64,000 nucleotides of DNA from Haliotis rubra (taxonomy: Eukaryota): NCBI RefSeq assembly GCF_003918875.1, contig NW_025765869.1:868001-932000 (forward strand), written 5' to 3'. The position numbers were made by a program, and so were the translations under genes. Under the pieces are notes generated by a model. It had not been told where the DNA came from, did not search any database, and saw nothing but the letters and a program-made list of their open reading frames with translations. Positions 61,001 through 64,000 of the stretch are shown here, in pieces (the first letter of the stretch is position 1; the number at the start of each line of letters is the position of its first letter).

Positions 61001-63970
61001 GTTAAATGTAATCCATTCAGTAATTAAACTGACCAAGTTCTTCAATTGTTAAACATGATGGTTTATGCTGCATGTGATCACAAATATTTTCAAGGAGGTG
61101 ACATTTTGTGCGGAACTGGCCTGGAGTACATACAAATATATAATTTTGCTACAGAAGTGAGAAAATATTTGGTTTTGTGTAAGCTCAAGTGTGGAACATG
61201 TACACTAATACTGTAAAGACACAATCTACCAACCTGAGCGGCAACATAGGCCTCCAGTCTCTGATAGCATGGATATCACAAAAACATCAGCTATAGGTTA
61301 ACTAGTCACAATAACATACAAACAAAGGGGCTACATTCTAAAAGACACTTAAAACTTTCAAATAGCTAGCTACAAGGATGATTCTCTAAAGGCTCAAGGT
61401 CCAACAAACTGGAAATACAAAGTTGGAAAGCATGGACAAAAAGCCATTTGACACCTTCCTTATAACTTGGTTTAGACCTACTTTATCAACAACTTACCTC
61501 TCATTCAGTACTAACTAGTTTCTGCTGTTCTTTGATTAACAGACAATATTGGAAGAAACGTTTTTTCAAGGTAAATATTTCAAATTTGTGAAAATTCTGA
61601 GATAAGTAACCCTAGTTATATGAAGGACATCCCTTAGTTGGTAAAATATCCATTACAAACATGAATAATACTTAGCTTAACATATGATCGAAACTAGTCT
61701 GACTATATTCTGTGAAACATGAAATTTCTATTTAAGAAGCATGTAACACACTTACCTTTAAGTCGGAATACTTTTGATTGCATGGATATGTATTTGGCTT
61801 GTGATAAATGTACAATGTTCTGAAAGATAATAAGAGAACTTTTCATCACTTTTGATAAGACAAACATCTGTAGTTCATTGGTGTGAGTTTTGTACAATAC
61901 TAAATGCAGCACCCCAATAAAGACAAGCTGAGAGACGCCAAGGGAGATAACTCTTCAAGTAATGCTTGCAAGGTGTATATATATGCAATGCACAAGCTGA
62001 AGCATTTCTGCAATGAGGGTAAAAGTACTTGAGTGAGTGAGTAATTTCAGTTACATTATGGTGTATTAGTTTATTATCTATAGAGATCTATAATCGTAAA
62101 CTATGTATTGATAAAGTATTCATAAATATTGGAGCAAAACTGCTACAAAAGTCTGAAAGAAATCACCATATATCACATAACAGGTGGGTGGTGACATCTT
62201 TATGCTTTGATTACTGACAGAACAGCATTCTCAACATAAATTCAAATAGACTTCAGTTTGTGTATTGTCTGTGTATATAAATCTATACTTCATCTCAACA
62301 GTTCAAGAAAGTTTAACACAACATAATTTGCATATTGATAATCTCAAAAAAATTTTTCCCGTGGGCATATTGATAATCTCAAACAATTTTTCCCGTGGAC
62401 GATATTTCCGACTATCAAGTTTTTTAGCCTGCCCAAGATATAAATGCCACCAGCATGTGCAGTATTGTCTCCATTAGGAAAATGTTACCTCCCACAGCCA
62501 TACAGCTGTGTCTGTTATAAGTGTTTGTCTACTTACTTGAAGCATCTGCAGAACTGGTCAAAGTCCACCCACAGCTTCTTGGGTTTCGGGGCACTGTCCT
62601 CAGACCCGATGTCCGTCAACTCCACCTCCACCATCTGCTCCTCCCCTGCTTCCAGCCCCACCGATTCCTCCAATGCCTGTTCTCCGGTCACCGAATCCTG
62701 CTGCTGGGTTGGAGCTTTGGCTGGTGGTGCCGGCGTTTGAGCTGGTTTCACCTCAGATGGTACTGCTGAACAAATATGACAGCATGTCAAATTCGGAACA
62801 CTTGTCACCAAGCTGTCTTATCATTACTGCCATTTGTCCTGGTGTCTCCACTTTATCCATCCTCGATAATCTCCAGGGTATACGTTACGATCACTCTCCA
62901 CTATACCCTGGATGCATCCACGGCTTGGCCCGATGATTATATTACCTCCCTTTGCTGGCTCCGCATTCTCACAGTAGCCAATCAGCTAAGCCGCTGTTAC
63001 ATCCGAGCTTGCCAGTGTCAGCAAAGATACCGGTCGCAGTCGCGAAGGATTGTTCGCAGAGTCACTCAGATTTTTAGGAAATATTACAGACAAATTGACA
63101 GATCTGAAACTTTCAAAAATATATAAAAGAACTCTTTCCACCTCTTTCAGAGTACCTCTGCATCAATTGTGTTGCCAAGTTTAAACGGTTAGATCATTTA
63201 AGAAGCGAAAGTGAGTTGTGATTGGCTCGCTCAACTTCCCAGTGTAGACACCTGATTGGATAAAAAGCCAGCCAAGGGAGGCAATAAAATGAAGCTGTGG
63301 ATGCATCCAGGTATAGTGGAGAGTGATCGTAACGTATACCCTGGAGATTATCGAGGATGTACTTTATCCTATTTCAGCGTTGAATTTTACCACAACAAGC
63401 ATATCTCCAGGAGTCAAAACACTGCCTCGGCAAGACACAAACAGGACCAACAATCCTTGAAAATTAAACATACAACTTTATGGATGACAACTTCTTATTT
63501 ATTGCATAAAGCGATGTTTTGATGTAGATTCTTACATCGAAATCAAGCTAAAAGTGTAACGATGTAAGAATCTACATCGAAACGTCGCTTTATGCAATAA
63601 ATATGTTGTATGTTGTATGTATGTTTAATTTTTGAGTCACCAAATTCTAGAATGCCCATCAAACAATCAACAATCCTTGACATTACGGTTACATGAAACG
63701 CTTAACGCTTTCAGGAAAGTCACACTGCCATCTCCTCTTAAAACATGACTAAACTATTTTAGTTCATATTTCCAGTGTCAACGTGTTTGACAAATTAGTT
63801 TTTTAACTTCTGTCCAACTAGGCCCTACCTTTGTCTTTCTTCTTTCCTTCCTCATCTACATCTTTCCTGGACTGGCGGGAGTCAGAGCGAGATGCACTCT
63901 TAGCCCTCTCTGGCTTTCCAGATACGTTGGACGATCTACTGCCCTTCCTGTCCAATAGCTTGGGAGATTG
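33833..63970 (-). CDS. ADGB: Androglobin, 3' 27 exons; the 5' calpain-like part lies beyond the window end
   Basis: Exons join in phase (except the frameshift at about 38750). Recognisable ADGB blocks: LWVDFDQFCRCFKTLYIYHKP, YLFVDNL...FSALPRW, globin E-H helices, IQ motif LQKAHRGAWVRK, globin A-C helices, KDTERADEIRALKKAWE..EPGRA, C-terminal EAERKRLEELAAQEAA...KKKK. Confidence 0.93.
34616..34762 (-). CDS. ADGB: Candidate alternative (proximal) ADGB last exon AALDSAREAYRIAIENHRRKCLAMQ...DSELEFID*
   Basis: ttttataaag acceptor, phase 0, 48-aa open frame paralogous to the distal last exon. Confidence 0.65.
   Translation of the reverse strand, partial: AALDSAREAYRIAIENHRRKCLAMQALLSDFGSGSVQSIHDSELEFID
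35233..35416 (-). CDS. ADGB: ADGB penultimate exon (KTTDSPQYLDE...EELQ, coiled coil)
   Basis: taccag / gtgaga; ends in phase 0. Confidence 0.9.
35663..35910 (-). CDS. ADGB: ADGB exon (AMQSRLKYL...PLDLTPFIK)
   Basis: taccag / gtaagc. Confidence 0.9.
35930..36636 (-). mobile_element. Cluster of SINE A copies (35930-36097, 36135-36285, 36440-36466, 36493-36636)
   Basis: Match the family consensus; local tandem duplication. Confidence 0.85.
36829..36924 (-). CDS. ADGB: ADGB exon (EDIETRKDTERADEIRALKKAWEDAEPGRAVK)
   Basis: ttccag / gtaaga. Confidence 0.94.
37280..37437 (-). mobile_element. SINE family A
   Basis: Diverged consensus match. Confidence 0.75.
37680..38105 (+). mobile_element. SINE family B interrupted by a SINE A copy (37855-38026, minus strand)
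   Basis: Family B body on both sides; tttacagac duplicated around the nested copy. Confidence 0.78.
38124..38332 (-). CDS. ADGB: ADGB exon (SYKERPPSPP...KPFWTFRIVSDASAA)
   Basis: ctgcag / gtaagc. Confidence 0.9.
38699..38811 (-). CDS. ADGB: ADGB exon (PHKYIVQATVLKNSWPLTE.../EWGFVQTLKEQEKNELK) with a +1 frameshift
   Basis: 113 nt where the flanking phases require 112; extra base in the C4 run at 38750-38753. Confidence 0.85.
39205..39267 (-). CDS. ADGB: ADGB exon (RSSQHSEAGISDLEPEEKDTK)
   Basis: ttccag / gtgaga. Confidence 0.82.
39450..39544 (-). CDS. ADGB: ADGB exon (NRGGKGG...DGRNS)
   Basis: ttgcag / gtaagt. Confidence 0.82.
39892..40052 (-). mobile_element. SINE family A
   Basis: TSD cacaagccttggag. 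Confidence 0.88.
40195..40403 (-). CDS. ADGB: ADGB exon (YTVKVTEDH...GKGHIVIPAYIF...)
   Basis: ttccag / gtgagt. Confidence 0.92.
40631..40874 (-). mobile_element. SINE family B
   Basis: Consensus match; flanking repeat agccaaga. Confidence 0.85.
41053..41240 (-). CDS. ADGB: ADGB exon (KGYTFVAEA...EIRDYYLPN...IFR)
   Basis: caacag / gtacat. Confidence 0.93.
41732..41885 (-). CDS. ADGB: ADGB exon (EVFYVREEMLAVPK...PYVYKKNR); duplicated acceptor at 42050
   Basis: gaacag / gtaaga. Confidence 0.9.
41812..42144. repeat. 165-bp tandem duplication spanning an ADGB acceptor site
   Basis: 41812-41976 and 41977-42141, one mismatch, tca microhomology. Confidence 0.93.
42433..42567 (-). CDS. ADGB: ADGB exon (EMFKRDPDIMPKYPFYKDE...WFTVFR)
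   Basis: cacacag / gttagt. Confidence 0.92.
42701..42794 (-). CDS. ADGB: ADGB exon, globin helices A-B (TDENLKAIEDLQKSWSILESNAEDNGLYLFR)
   Basis: ttgtag / gtacat. Confidence 0.92.
43129..43223 (-). CDS. ADGB: ADGB IQ-motif exon (EPTPDEHVAAVKLQKAHRGAWVRKMKAARTPG)
   Basis: ttgacag / gtatct; [IL]QxxxRGxxxR. Confidence 0.93.
43848..43884 (-). CDS. ADGB: ADGB exon (EPEKVENTWANR)
   Basis: gtgtag / gtgagt. Confidence 0.85.
44363..44717 (-). mobile_element. tRNA-derived SINE, family C, full length
   Basis: A and B boxes (ggttcgatccc), (CCTCA)n tail. Confidence 0.82.
44736..45267. mobile_element. Tc1/pogo-type MITE
   Basis: TIR cagtcaaatcccgatgagtcgaat, TA TSD. Confidence 0.85.
46461..46574. mobile_element. 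Palindromic MITE, same family as 12819-12933, inverted
   Basis: Same arms, reverse-complemented loop. Confidence 0.8.
46696..46710 (-). CDS. ADGB: Probable 15-nt ADGB microexon (xAPPEG)
   Basis: pyrimidine tract, atatag / gtatgt; symmetric phase 1-1; GC-rich island in an AT-rich intron. Confidence 0.55.
47331..47491 (-). mobile_element. SINE family A
   Basis: TSD ctgacagtgtgt. Confidence 0.85.
48731..48784 (-). CDS. ADGB: ADGB linker exon (TGTTSHRGSAKPGNKGK)
   Basis: atttcag / gtaagt; symmetric phase 1-1. Confidence 0.78.
50015..50156 (-). CDS. ADGB: ADGB exon, globin helices G-H (VFNESLYSMLKRAL...AFAWRVL)
   Basis: atttcag / gttggt. Confidence 0.92.
50240..51001 (-). mobile_element. SINE family B split by a MITE
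   Basis: Tail 50240-50291, body 50803-51001. Confidence 0.8.
50292..50802. mobile_element. MITE of about 510 bp with long TIRs, nested in a SINE
   Basis: TIR catcctcgataatctccaggg...; 8-bp TSD ctatatgg. Confidence 0.85.
51574..51741 (-). CDS. ADGB: ADGB exon, globin helices E-F (ESCRFRDNAVQV...LVSSHCPY...HFQ)
   Basis: atttcag / gtaggt; proximal His codon 51622-51624. Confidence 0.92.
52101..52215 (-). CDS. ADGB: ADGB exon (RHVLRFMMTGPLGYHVHLCS...FGDEETVM)
   Basis: ttctcag / gtaagc. Confidence 0.92.
52216..52918. repeat. Minisatellite, 12 units of about 58 bp, starting at an ADGB acceptor
   Basis: Unit ctgggaaacagaaacaagttacacacacatacatgcctcacacactcacacacacattt. Confidence 0.95.
53759..53915 (-). 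CDS. ADGB: ADGB exon (...PGTLVAEPYSWKSLVTGQPILRLRTTASRAAVLSLPAG)
   Basis: ctgtag / gtcagt; the correct frame differs from the ORF-track frame. Confidence 0.9.
54118..54442. repeat. Minisatellite, about 7 units of 43 bp, starting at an ADGB donor
   Basis: Unit starts at 54161, 54204, 54247, 54290 and 54333. Confidence 0.9.
54440..54616 (-). CDS. ADGB: ADGB exon (FVDNLEATDIVVSFSALPRW...)
   Basis: U12 acceptor; donor gtaaat. Confidence 0.9.
54617..55220 (-). other. U12-type (minor spliceosome) GT-AG intron in ADGB
   Basis: 5' site GTATCCTT (55220-55213); branch site TCCTTAAC (54633-54626) 9 nt before the exon; no pyrimidine tract. Confidence 0.9.
55221..55257 (-). CDS. ADGB: ADGB 37-nt exon (TSSPDDRSPHYL) ending at a U12 donor
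   Basis: gtttcag / gtatcctt. Confidence 0.88.
56224..56385 (-). mobile_element. SINE family A
   Basis: Flanking repeat cccacatgga. Confidence 0.82.
57923..58072 (-). CDS. ADGB: ADGB exon (NVSPQGAP...TNAQG, low complexity)
   Basis: atttcag / gtgagt; phase 0-0. Confidence 0.82.
58196..58519. repeat. Minisatellite, 5.5 units of 59 bp, with an internal hairpin
   Basis: Unit starts at 58196, 58255, 58314, 58373, 58432 and 58491. Confidence 0.93.
58816..59258. mobile_element. Non-autonomous element with 31-bp perfect TIRs
   Basis: cttatcctgactcatgcttaattgcttgtct at 58816-58846 and inverted at 59228-59258. Confidence 0.7.
59962..60132. mobile_element. Foldback MITE of about 170 bp
   Basis: Arms of about 75 bp starting tatatactgagagaaacaaataaa; TA flanks. 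Confidence 0.75.
60545..60787 (+). mobile_element. SINE family B with (CCAA)-type tail
   Basis: Consensus match. Confidence 0.85.
61756..61819 (-). CDS. ADGB: ADGB exon (TLYIYHKPNTYPCNQKYSDLK)
   Basis: ctttcag / gtaagt. Confidence 0.9.
62537..62765 (-). CDS. ADGB: ADGB exon (...KKLWVDFDQFCRCFK)
   Basis: NAGNAG acceptor ttcagcag; donor gtaagt. Confidence 0.9.
62858..63359. mobile_element. Second copy of the same MITE, inverted
   Basis: Same TIRs; flanking repeat actttatc. Confidence 0.85.
63461..63667. mobile_element. Inverted-duplicated insertion, possibly a Penelope-like terminal remnant
   Basis: Internal palindrome about 63460-63632; 13-bp flanking direct repeat caacaatccttga. Confidence 0.45.
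63829..63970 (-). CDS. ADGB: ADGB exon (QSPKLLDRKGS...KKKDK)
   Basis: ctcgacag / gtaggg; phase 0-1. Confidence 0.8.
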
Positions 63971-64000
63971 CTGTCGAGAGAAAAATGCACGTTGTCTTTG

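Overview
AT-rich, intron-containing animal genomic DNA. The SINE families with (ACTC)n tails suggest a gastropod such as abalone, Haliotis (inference). Two convergent multi-exon genes were reconstructed by hand from splice sites and reading phase. (1) A complete 14-exon clan-3, CYP3A-like cytochrome P450 on + (6147-23965; 1512 nt, 503 aa), with one GC-AG intron and a deleted paralogue remnant upstream. (2) The 3' part (27 exons) of androglobin (ADGB) on - (33833 to beyond 63970), with the circularly permuted globin domain split by an IQ motif. The most notable ADGB observations: an apparently duplicated alternative last exon (acidic versus Lys-rich tail), Asn at the distal E7 position, a U12 minor intron, a 1-bp frameshift, a 15-nt microexon, and four tandem amplifications anchored on splice sites. 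Elsewhere there are two templated-insertion (template-switch-like) rearrangements and a splice-related orientation bias of SINEs. Introns and intergenic DNA carry an L1/Tx1-like LINE, a deleted Tc1 element, hAT, Tc1 and Harbinger-like MITEs and several SINE families. All alignments were done by eye; no database searches were run.
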